DNA of 47,896 nucleotides, from NCBI GenBank assembly GCA_038087875.1, contig JAXLNO010000146.1, forward strand, positions 930,001 through 977,896, given 5' to 3'. The notes below the pieces were generated by a model. The model saw nothing but the letters and a program-made list of their open reading frames with translations, was not told where the DNA came from and searched no databases. This DNA is from Malacoraja senta. Taxonomy: Eukaryota. The position numbers were made by a program, and so were the translations under genes. The number at the start of each line of letters is the position of its first letter. Position 1 is the stretch's first letter. Below are positions 34,505 to 45,443 of the stretch, one piece after another.

Positions 34505-35430
34505 AACTGCCCTTCCCCTTCCCGTACCGACTTATCTGTCCTTGGTCTCCTTCGTTGCCAGAGAGAGGCCACACGCAAACTGGAGGAACAGCACCTCATA
34601 TTCTGCTGGGTTAGCACCCAACGGTATGAAGATTGGTGTGTAGCAAGGAACCGCAAATGCGCGTTCAAACCGAAGATAGACTCAAAATGCTGGAGTAACT
34701 CAGCGGGACAGGCAGCATCTCTGCAGAGAAGGAATGGGAAACGTCACCCTTTCCTTCTCTCCAGAGATGCTGCCTGTCCCGCTGAGTTCCTCCCGCACTT
34801 TGTGTCTTTCGGTATGAAGATTGATTTCTCCAATTTTAACTAGTATCCCCCTCTCTTTCATGTGCCCCCTGACCCGATACGACACCCGTTCGTCCCACTA
34901 CCCCCCACCCCATGGCCCCTTCCATCAACATCCCTCCCTCTGGCTTTACATTTCACTCCTTTTCTTTCCACACCTAACAGAATTTTGTCTCCTTTTCATC
35001 TTTAGCCGTTGTCATTATTTCCAACCATTGGCCAATCACCCTTCCCCTCACCCGAATCCACGTAATGCTGGTGTTGGGAGGAACTGCAGATGCTAGTTTC
35101 TAACGAAGATAGACATAAAGTGCTGGAGTAACTCAGCGGGTCAGGCAGCATCTCGGAAGAAAAAATATGTGACGTTTCGGCTCGGAACTTTTCTTCAGAC
35201 TGAAAGAAACGTCACCTATTAATTTTATTCAGAGATGCTGCCTGACTCGCCGAGTTACTCCAGCACTTTATGTCTATCCACCTATTACTTGCCAGGATTT
35301 ATTCCGGCCCCACGTCTCTTTTGCAGCTTTCTGCCTTTAATACAATCAGAATGAAGAGGGGCTCGACCGAAATTGTAATCTGTCTATTCCCTCCACAGAT
35401 GCTGCCTGACCCACTGAGTTCCTTCAGCGC
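34505..35430. mobile_element. cluster of Penelope 3'-end fragment and fold-back Penelope-associated repeats
   Basis: EATRKLEEQHLIFC motif; inverted pairs at 34638-34822 and 35075-35280. Confidence 0.7.
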
Positions 35431-37539
35431 GTTGTATTCCGATCCTAAAACATCGTGCTATTAGTTTAAAAGCGACGATTTAGACGACCGGGCAGTGTAA
35501 GGTTCCAAACAATGGAGCTTAATGTTCAATATAGTTTACTCCATTTTGCCCTGTTAATTGAACGCAAACAGAAAAACCTGGAAATATTCAGCAGGTCGGG
35601 CGGGCCTTTGAGAAACAGAGTCAATATTCCAGATTGAAAGGCTACTCCAGATCTTACCAGTAAGAGAGATAGAGGAAAAATCAAGTCATGTCACGGTAGA
35701 CTCTGAATATCTAAAACTAGAACAATTTTGATTGAATATTTTCCTAAAAGATTGACTCGGTTTCTATTCTCACAGCTGCTGCCTGACCCATCGAGTATTT
35801 CCTGCATTTTGGGTTTACATTTTCAAGTTTCAGCTTTTGCAGATTTGTGTTTAGATTATCACTTTTCAAACGGCAATAGTCCAATCTCAGTCCCCAGCGT
35901 TAAATATATGTTACAATCAGATGACAATTTAGCGGGCTTTCTGTACGAATAGCAGAATCATTGAAATGTACAAAGAAAAAGCATAAAATGGAGAAACACG
36001 GAACTACAGGTGCCAGAATGTTGAACAACACATAAAGTGCTAGAGGAACTCACTGGGTCAGGCCACACCCGTGGAGGGAATGGAGAGACAAGGTTTCGGG
36101 TCGGGATAATTTGACAGAATAGAGAGCAATCAGCCCATCGCGTCAATACTGGCCCAGCAGCCTGTGCTAATCCCACCTAACTGTTAATGGTCCCTGCCAG
36201 ACCGGTTAGGGCTCTTCAACTGTTGCAATCTGAAGGCCACAAGATTGTTTCTGAAACGTGGCGACTCTTTGTGTTCTATATCAGAAGTGTACTATTATTA
36301 GAATAAATGGTTGAACATATTTATGTGTGACTGTGCTTATGTATAACATGATTTTACTGAATTGATAGCAAAACAAATAATGTCACTGTATCTACCTACT
36401 TGTGACAATAAAGTACCATGGAACCACTGAGTTTCGGATCACCATCATTTATTGAGTGAATACAAGTATTTTTAATGATCCATCTACCAACGTCCACTCG
36501 TTACAGGGTGCATTTTCACCTCTTTGTTTTTCCCAAGAGATAATGTGTTGTGTTTAATAACGTTCCTATTTCAGTTAACTTAAAATGGAATTACAAAAAG
36601 AACAAATAATGGTAGCAACACTCGGCAGGTCAGGCAGCATCTATGAAACAAGAAATAGAAATTATGTTACGGGACGAAAGTCGTTGGTCAGAACTGATAG
36701 GAGATGTGAATCTCGCCAGAGAGAGGTGCAGAACTTCTTTAAGACATGGGTATTCCTGGAGAGAGCAGTGGCAATGAATTAAACATTGATGGAAAGACGT
36801 GAAGCAGTGCAGAACCTGACGGCGCCGCTACGAAATTCCAAACCATGCTGGGTAAATATTGAAATGTACTAATAAGAATCGTACAGGTGAACAATTTACA
36901 TCTAGCCGAGATGCAGAGAGCTTGAAACGATAGCATCGGGTTATTGTCTATCCATTACATCAAGTACTGGAGATGTGGTCTGAGCAGTAGAAGCCATTAC
37001 CGCATATAAAGTCACGAGGGGAATGGTAGGATGAATGCACAATGTATTTTACCCAGATTAGGGGAATCAAGAACCAGAGGATATAGGTTTAGGTTAGAGA
37101 GGAAATATTTAATAGGAACCTGAGGGGCAACATTTACACGGAGACGCTGACATATATGGAACGATCTGCCAAAGGAGGTAGCAGCGGCAGGTACGAAACT
37201 GTAACAACATTCTAAAGGGCGTAAGAAGGAACTGCAGATTCTGATTTACAGCATTTCTGGAGAAAAAGAATAAGTGAGGTTTCGGGACGAGAACCTTTTT
37301 CAGACTGGGAGACATGGGAAAGGGAAATGAAAGATATAGCAAGTAATTAGAGTGAATGAATGAAGGATATATAAAAAGCAACGATGATAAAGGAGATGTG
37401 GAACCCACAACGGTCCACTGTTGGTTGTAGGGTAGGTGATAACAAGTTATACAGACTGTGAAACTCAACAGGACGGCAGTGAAACTAGTACGACGACTAG
37501 GGTGGGGGGAGCAACGGAGAGAGAAGGCATGCAAGGGGT

Positions 37540-38165
37540 TACTTGAAGTTAGATACATTTATATTCATGCCGCTGGGTGGTAAGCTGCCGAAGCGAAATA
37601 TGAGGTGCTGTTTCGCCAATCTGTATTTGGCCTCACTCTGTCAATGGAGGAGGCCTGGAATAGAAAGGTCAATATGCGACTGGGAAGGGGCGTAAACGTG
37701 TTTGGCAACCGGGAGGTGGGGTGGAAGATTGCAACCTTCACGTGGTCCGCCCTGTTTCAACTAATGCAATCAACTCGACGTGCACAAACGGAAGATCAAA
37801 TATAACTAGTTATCCAACAACTTTAGGCTGTGCACGCCACACGAAAGAAGAAGAACCGGGAGGTCACGTATATCGAGGCGGTCTGAGTGAAGGTGCTCAG
37901 CAAAACGATCGCTGAGGCTGTGCTTGGTCTCGCCGATATATAGGAATCCACACCTGAAACAACCGATACTGTAGACGATGCAAGTGAAACCCCAACTTAG
38001 ATGCAAGTCTCAAGTGAAAGGTTTGTCGGAATCCCTGGACAGTGTCGAAGGAGGTGAGGTTGGGACAGGTGTTGTATCTCCTGCAGTTGCGGGGGAAGGT
38101 GCCTGGGGTGGGGTGGGGTTGGTTTGGTTGGGAAGGGATGAGTTAACCAGAGAGTTGCGGAGGGA
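37540..38165 (-). mobile_element. Penelope GIY-YIG endonuclease fragment
   Basis: CIVYSIGCFRCGFLYIGETKHSLSDRFAEHLHS. Confidence 0.8.
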
Positions 38166-38167
38166 CT

Positions 38168-39060
38168 AGAGAAACATATAAACAGGTTCAGAAATATGCC
38201 ATTCGGCCCTTCATGGCTGATCATCCAAAATCAGTACCCCGTTCCAGCTTTCTCCCCATATCCCTTCATTACGTTAGCCCTAAGATATATATTTACCTCT
38301 CTCTTGAAAACATCCAGTGAATTTGCCCCCACTGCCATCTGTGGCAGAGAATTCAACGGATTCACAACTCTCTGTGTGAAAAAGTGTTTCTACATCTCAG
38401 TCCTAAATGGCCTACCACTTATTCTTAAACTGTGACCCCTGGTTCCGCACTCACCCAACATCGGTAACATTTTTCCTGCATCTACCCTGTCCAATCGCTT
38501 AATAATGTAATATGTTTCTATAAGACACTCTGTCATCCTTCTAAATTCCAGTCCATATTTGCCCTATCGACCTATTCTTTCATCATATGTCAGTTCCGCC
38601 ATCCCGGGAATTAACCTTGTGAACCTACGCTGCACTCTCTCTATAGTCCTTCCTCAAATAAAGAGAAAACGGCACACAATACTCCAGCCGTGGTCTCATC
38701 AGGGCCCTGTACAACTGCAGTAGGACCTCCTTGCTCCTACACTCAAACTTTCTAGCTGTGAAGGCCAACATACCATTTGCTTTCTTCACTGCCTGCTGCA
38801 CCTGCATGCTTACTTTCAGTGACTGATGCACAAGGACACCCAGGTCTCGTTGCACCTCCCCTTTTCCTAATCTGACACCATTCAGATATTAATCTGCCTT
38901 CTTGTTCTTGCCACCAAAGTGCATAACTTCACATTTATCCACATTATACTGCACATGTGCACCCACCCAACCTATCCAAGTCACCCTGCAGCCTCATAGC
39001 ATTCTCCTCACAATCACACTGCCACCCAGTTTTTTTGTCATCCACAAACTTGGAGACGTT
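38168..39060 (-). mobile_element. CR1 RT/3' fragment
   Basis: QRDLGVLVHQSLKVSMQVQQAVKKANGMLAF. Confidence 0.85.
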
Positions 39061-39308
39061 ACATTTAACTTTTTCACCCAGAGAGTTGTAAATCTATGGA
39101 ATTCTCTGCCACAGCGGAGGCCAATTTACTGATATTTTCAAGAGAGAGTTAGATTTAGCTCTTCAGGTTAAAGGAATCATGGGATATGGGGAAAAAAGCA
39201 GAGACACGGTACTGATTTTGGATGATCAGCCATAATCATATTGAATGGCAGTACCGACTCGAAGGGTTGAATAGCCTACTCCTGCACCTATTTGCTATGT
39301 TTCTATGT
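39061..39308 (+). mobile_element. CR1 3'-terminal fragment abutting the previous copy back-to-back
   Basis: FFTQRVVNLWNSLPQ; ctatgtttctatgt tail. Confidence 0.8.
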
Positions 39309-39904
39309 AATTCCTTCATCTAAATCGTTACTGGTAGAGATTAAATCATATGAATGGATAGAAACGCTTAGAATGATTTGGGCCAAACACGACCAAATGG
39401 AACCTGCTGAGATGGGGTATCTTGATCGGCGGACGAATTGGCTGAAAGGACTGTTTCCATGCTGTATGTTTCTATGAGTCTTGTTTCATTTTATTTAAAT
39501 AGTCATACAGGCAGGACATATTTGCTATTTTTTATGCATTATTATGGAATTAAAGTAAGTATATGTACAGAGTAATCGCATGGTTTGGAAACAGAGGAGA
39601 GCAGCTAAATAGAACAATGCAGGGAAGTAAGATTTGATTTAATGAAAATCAATCCATCTGTATTAATTAGAGAAATCATCGTGTTGACATCAAATTTAAA
39701 TTCCAACGAAACATGGAACGGGCCGATATATGAACTATAAAGAATGTGGAATTATTCAATCAGATATAATATTACAATTTTTGCTCAGTGTCATAACAAG
39801 TCGTAATAAAGACCTAGAAGACAATTGTTTTAAATGGGGAGATAATTCAGAAATCGGAAGTGCAAAGGGGCTTGGAAGTGCCAGTGCAGGATTCCGAAAA
39901 GGTT

Positions 39905-40580
39905 AACATTAGTTAAACCAATGAACTGATTGTAGACTTTGGAAGAGGAAGGATGAGGACCCACAATCCTGTTTATATGGTGGAGAGAGTACACATTTTC
40001 AAATTCCTGTGCGTGCATATTTCCGAAGATCTTTCCTGGACCCAGCACACTAAATAAAGCACATCAACGCCTCTAACTCCCTAGAAGATTAAGGAACTTC
40101 GGTATGTCAAAGCGGATTCTCTTGAACGTCGACAGGTGTACAGCAGAGAGCATATTGACTGGTCGCATAATGGCCTGGTTCGCCAACTTGAACGTCCAGG
40201 AGCGGAAAAGACAGCACAAAGTTGTGAACACTGCCCAGTCCATCACCGGCTATGACATCCCCACCATCGAAGGGATTTATCGGAGTCGCTGCCTCAAAAA
40301 AGGCAGCCAATATCATCAGAGACCCCCACCATCCTGACCACACACTCATTTCACCCCTGCCATCAGGAAGAATGTACAGGAGCCTGAAAACTGTAACGTT
40401 GAAGTTCAGGAACAGCTTCTTCCCTGCAGCCATCAGGCTATTATTTTCCTCCCTCGTTTCTCACATTGTTTACAGTGTACTATGTTTACATATGCTGTTG
40501 TGCTGCAGCAAGTACCAATTTCAATGATCTATCTGGGACATATGACAATGAAACACTCTTGACTCTTGACGACTCTTGAG
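39905..40580 (+). mobile_element. Rex1/Babar-like LINE 3' part
   Basis: RCTAESILTGRIMAWF; PLPSGRMYRSLKT..FRNSFFPAAIRLL; (CTTGA)n-like tail. Confidence 0.75.
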
Positions 40581-41309
40581 TCTATAATCAGGGTTTGACG
40601 GCACTGGGATGACACAGTGGGCCAGTCCTATTTGCCTACATTGGACCCATTTCGCCTCTAAACCCTTTCATATATTTGTCCAAATGTCTTTTAAAAATTA
40701 TAATTTTATATACCGGCATAAATTCTCCTGGCCGCTCATATCAGATACGGATTACCGTCTGAGTGAAAAACATTGAGGTCCATCTTCAATCTCCCCTCAC
40801 TTTACTTAAAGTTCTACCCTCCAGTTTTAGAAGCTTCTACGCTGAACCTGTGGACGTTTACATTATTTGAATATTCTCTAGATTTTCCAAACGAGGTTTC
40901 ACCAGTACCTACGGTTACAGTGGTAAGAGTGTTTGTGTAAATATGATTGGGGACATATTTACATCGAGTTTTTAACCCCATCCAAGGGCGGTTAATAATG
41001 TCACTTTAGCTGCTGTCCGTTTTCTCCATGTGTCAAACTGTGTTTCTATCCCACGGGTAGAATTAAATCAGCTTAATAAAAGAATGCGGTAGAATGAATA
41101 CAACGACAAATATTAAATATTTTAAATATAAATTGGAGGTGAGATAAGAGCAAACCAGCAGAATTCGTGTTTTTCTTCACTGTTATATGAATCTGTCGTC
41201 GTTGTATTTATTAAAATGTTATTATTACTGCATGTTTACACCGTGAGCTTCATTTGAATGAGGAACGTTATCACATCCAGTAATATAGACAGTCAAATAA
41301 TTTGAACCT

Positions 41310-42430
41310 GACTTCCGGTGGCGCCATGTTACACTAACAGACGCACACCTAGCTCCGCTACCGAAAAATTCGCGATTTTCCGCGTTAAAACGGGTCTACA
41401 GGTCGGGACCGATTAAAAAACCTTACCGCCGCGCTGATGACGTCATCAGTAAGCGCGATGATTTAAACGGTGGTTTAAGGACTTTTAAATGAAAAGACTG
41501 TCTCCATCTCAGAGTCCTCAGAGAACAGTTACAAGACAGCTGCTGAAAAGCCTGAAGAATCCTGAAGAAGTTACCTCTGAAGGGGTCCCTGAAGTGGCTG
41601 CAGAAATGTCTACAAGATCCAAGACAGATCTGGCTAAGGATAAAGAATTTGAGGATTTGAAGAAATCGGTGAGAGATATTAAAGATGAAATTTTGGATGA
41701 AAATAAAATTATGATGGAAAAAATGATGGAAAAAATCGAAAAGATGATGCAGGATTCGAGTGCTGGTAATCAGAAGGTTATTGATTCAATTGGCACTATA
41801 AATAAACGAATTGATGATGTGAAAGGTGAACTATCGGGGAGAATTGTTAAGGTGGAAGAAGCTACTATGGACAGGTTCACGGCTGTGCTTGAAACAGTGG
41901 CTGCAAGTATGGCTACAATCATGGAAATGGAGAAAAATATGGCTCGAATGGCTGAAGACATGGAGAAAATGAGGCAAGAACATGAGCAAACTACAGGACA
42001 GATGGCGACTCATCTGGGGAAAGTTTCAGACAAATGCCTGGACCTGGAAGCTCGTTCAAGATGCCAGAATTTAAGAATTCTTGGAGTCTCAGAGGGAGCT
42101 GAGGGAAGGGACATTCGTGAGTTTGCTATGGGCTTACTCAAACAACTGCTTAATCTCCCCAAAGAACCGAAAATTGAAGTGGCACATCGTGTACCGAGAT
42201 TTAAACCAAGATCTCAAGCAAGACCAGACCACCCACGACAGATTATTGTGAAATTTCGGGACATTTCAGAACTGGAAGAGGTGATGAGTAAAATCAAATA
42301 TGGAATGCAACTGAGGCTTGATAACGACGCTATCAAAATATTCAGGGACTATCCGTATGAAATTGTGCAAAAGAGAAATCAGTTCACAAAGGCAAAAGAA
42401 ATATTTTGTTCAGAAAATACAAGGTCTCCG
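41310..42430 (+). mobile_element. L1-clade LINE 5' part (5'UTR + ORF1), ORF2 absent
   Basis: starts gacttccggtggcgccatg (ETS + YY1-like motifs), CpG-rich 5'UTR, then ORF1; no endonuclease follows. Confidence 0.85.
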
Positions 42431-42460
42431 ATCAGCAGCAACAAACATGCCACAATGTAG
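41489..42460 (+). CDS. L1 ORF1p (coiled coil + RRM, C-terminal domain truncated), 323 aa
   Basis: heptad-rich N-terminus; LDLEARSRCQNLRILGVSEGAEG, IEVAHRV, PRQIIVKF, IKIFRDYPYEIVQKR (Transposase_22/L1TD1-type). Confidence 0.85.
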   Translation: MKRLSPSQSPQRTVTRQLLKSLKNPEEVTSEGVPEVAAEMSTRSKTDLAKDKEFEDLKKSVRDIKDEILDENKIMMEKMMEKIEKMMQDSSAGNQKVIDSIGTINKRIDDVKGELSGRIVKVEEATMDRFTAVLETVAASMATIMEMEKNMARMAEDMEKMRQEHEQTTGQMATHLGKVSDKCLDLEARSRCQNLRILGVSEGAEGRDIREFAMGLLKQLLNLPKEPKIEVAHRVPRFKPRSQARPDHPRQIIVKFRDISELEEVMSKIKYGMQLRLDNDAIKIFRDYPYEIVQKRNQFTKAKEIFCSENTRSPISSNKHATM

Positions 42461-42587
42461 CCTGTTTGTTCATTGTCTGTAAGTAATACGTGTCTTGAGA
42501 TTCAGTTTGGGAATAAATAAGGACCAATTTTGAAGGAAACATATTTCTTAGTCGTGAAGCTTTCGAACCAGACTGCATCCAGTCAAT

Positions 42588-42657
42588 ATGGAACAACCGA
42601 TAATAATACGGATAGAAAAAGTCTATTATCCTATACTTGGAACAATTGGTGTACCTG
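42588..42657 (+). CDS. exon 1 of a second GPR139-like GPCR (MEQPIIIRIEKVYYPILGTIGVP, phase 1); exon 2 not found in the window
   Basis: aatATGG start; same 70-nt length, YPIL..IG.P motif and phase as 32711-32780; CCTG|GTAAGA donor. Confidence 0.8.
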
Positions 42658-43479
42658 GTAAGATATTTTATTTTAGTTAAGCTCGTTAATGCTTTAAATT
42701 TAAATTTACCTGTCGTTGGTATAATTATCTATACATCGATGTGTTTAATTTGTGCACATAAAATAATGTCTTATTTGCTGATAATTCTGGTCGATTGCTA
42801 AGGTGACCACCTGAGATAAAGTATAAAGGATGTTTAATGTAAATTTTGTTAACGTATTCTTTTTATCCATGAATGACAATATTATAATTTTGCGTCTGAA
42901 CGAAATATGTTTTTATTGTATGATTGTTCAACCAAATCATCAATTATTAGAAGAATAATAATAGTTATTATTAACCGTTATGACGCTGCTTTCCATTAAA
43001 TGGGACCCCCACCGCCCACAATAAATGCCCAGACCCAGGTATTGCCTCTTATGTCACCCTAAGATCATATCGGACTTACAGATTTGTCAGGGCAATGACA
43101 GAACTGACTTGTCGCCAACCAAACCAAGCAGCAGCCAGGCTGAACACCCTTCTCGTCCACCCAATAATATGTAGCGCTAAACGCGATTGGAGCAAACGTG
43201 CAACACTTTCCGCTTTACACCGACGTCAACTGAGAAGAAACTCGGGCAGATATAAAACTAAATTAAAAATTGCTGCGTTTGCTTTTGCGTTCGCTCGAAC
43301 AACATATAGCTGGGACATCTGGGGAGAGTCCTGCGAAAATAACTCATTTTTAGGGTGCGTTACCGAGTGCATGTTCTGAGCATGTCACAACAGTAGATTA
43401 CGGAGACAAGGCTGATCTATACCACGTGATCACGAGACGTCCTCATCGTTATGGCGCTGTGGAAGTGAACGAAGGAGAG

Positions 43480-43900
43480 AGAATTAACTATAAGGAAAGG
43501 TTAGACAGTCTTGGGTTATTTTCCCTCGATTTGGGGGGGGGGGGGGGGTGAGGAAAGACCTGATATAAATGTGCAAAAATGATGCGACGCATATATAGGA
43601 TAGACAGTAACTCTTTGTTCCCAAGAAGTATTAAAGACTAGAGGGCAAGGTTTTACGGTGACACTGTCAAGGTTTGAATGAGATGTGCGGGGTTGTTTTT
43701 TAACATAACAATGAGTACCTGCAACGCGCTGCCAGGGATGGTGGAAGAGACCGACATGCAAGTTGAGGTTAAGTGGCTTGTAGATAGACACATGGACATG
43801 CAGTGAATAGAGGCAATTGGATCATATGTGAGCAGAGGAGATTAGTTTAACTTGACATTATAGTCGTCACAGAGGAGCGAATGGCCTATTCCTGTCAAGT
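43480..43900 (+). mobile_element. degenerate CR1 3' fragment
   Basis: ctataaggaaaggttagacagtcttggg...gactagagggcaagg. Confidence 0.65.
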
Positions 43901-44175
43901 ACAGCTCCTGCCAGCAAGTGTTTGAACAGGAGGCGGAGGGTGAAGTATTGCAATTGGAAGTGTTACGGCAGGCAGCCGAAGTGCAATTGGATTTTTTTAA
44001 AGTCCAGTGCTGGAGGAGGGGTGGAATCTTAGGTTGGGGAACGACGCATCCCGTGGGGGCTACCAGTTAGTGGTGGAATATAGCTTTGGGGATACCAGGA
44101 CTCCCGTGTGACAGGGAGCCAACGGGTCCCAGTGGTCTAGTCTCCTTTAAATAATTTACCACTCACCTTTGTCCA

Positions 44176-44475
44176 GAGCAGCATAGTGGCACAACGGTAG
44201 AATTGCTGCCGTACAGCGTTACATTCCCGGTTTCTTTCCTGATTACTGTTGCTGTCCGGGGGTTGTATGTTCTTCCTGTGACCGCGTGGGATTTCTCCGG
44301 GTACTCCGGATTTTGCCCATATTTCAAAGAAGTTGTTTGTAGGTTAATTTGGCTCCTGTAAATTGTCCCCAGTATGTAGGAAATAATTAGTATATGGGTG
44401 ACCATTGGTCGGCTTGTATTCTGTGGGCCGAAGGTACTGTTTCCATACTGTCTCTCTGAATTAAACTATACTTTA
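44176..44475 (+). mobile_element. tRNA-derived V-SINE
   Basis: gcagcatagtggcacaacgg head, V-domain, gggccgaaggtactgtttcc tail. Confidence 0.75.
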
Positions 44476-44619
44476 AAATGTATATATTCTAGTCTTTGAC
44501 ATTTCTGCACTGGGAAATCATGTTCTTAACTATGTACCTCGTGATGTTATATTCCTCTAAAGGTCTTCCGTTTATGCCACAGAATCTCCCGTCAGTCCCC
44601 ATAACTAAATTATCTGATC

Positions 44620-45209
44620 ATTTCCCAGGCAGCACAGCCCGGTTTTACCTTCTCCCCAAAATCCACAAACACAAATGCCCTGACCGACCCATTGTTTCTG
44701 CCTACTCCTGTCCCATGGAAATGATTTCCATGTATCTCGATCCCATCCTATTCGCCCTGGTTCAATCTCTCCCGACCTATATCCAAGATACCTCACAAGC
44801 TCTTCGTCCCTTTAATGACTTCCGCTTTCCGAGCTCCCTCATCTTTACTATGACGTTCAGTCACTCTACCCCTCCACCCCTTACCAGGAAGGCCTGAAAG
44901 CCCTCCCTATTTTACTCGACCATAGAACCATCCAATTTCCCTCTACTAACACTAGTCCGCCTAGCGGTGTTGGTCCTTACCCTTAACAATTCCATTGACT
45001 GCTCCTACTTTCTCCAAGTCCACGGCGTAGCTATGGCCGCCCGCATGGGCTCCAGCTATGCCTCCCTCTTTGTAGGGTACGTCGAACAATGCCCGTTCCA
45101 GTCGTACACTGGCTCAATCCCTGAACTCTAAATCCGTTACATTGATGACTGCATCGGTGCTAATTCCTGCACATGCAGAACTCATGGACTTCATCAAGTC
45201 CACCATCAA
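44620..45209 (+). mobile_element. Penelope-like RT fragment (frameshifted)
   Basis: RFYLLPKIHK..RPIVS, SLPTYIQDT, GVAM..RMG.SYA, RYIDD. Confidence 0.85.
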
Positions 45210-45443
45210 TTTAAGATAGTTAGCTAACATTGGAGAATTCAATGTTCAAACCATTGGTGTGAACACTAAATTCTCCAATGTTAACTAACTATCTTAAACA
45301 CCCCATTCCCCTACACTACTTCCGTCCCTCTGTTCCCTGTGGCCATCTGGACTCGGACACTTTATTCCAACAACTCCCCCCCCCGCGCTCCCTCCGCCCG
45401 CACCTACATTTCATATTCTGGCGTCACAATTCGCAACACTTCT

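Noticed and set aside
36565..36590. Acceptor + TTAACTTA resembling the start of a GPR139-like exon 2
   Set aside because: Only ~8 nt of resemblance before a repeat begins; no receptor sequence follows
43320..43450. Faint histone H4-like codon patches after TATAAAA
   Set aside because: No start codon, wrong spacing between patches, no consistent frame
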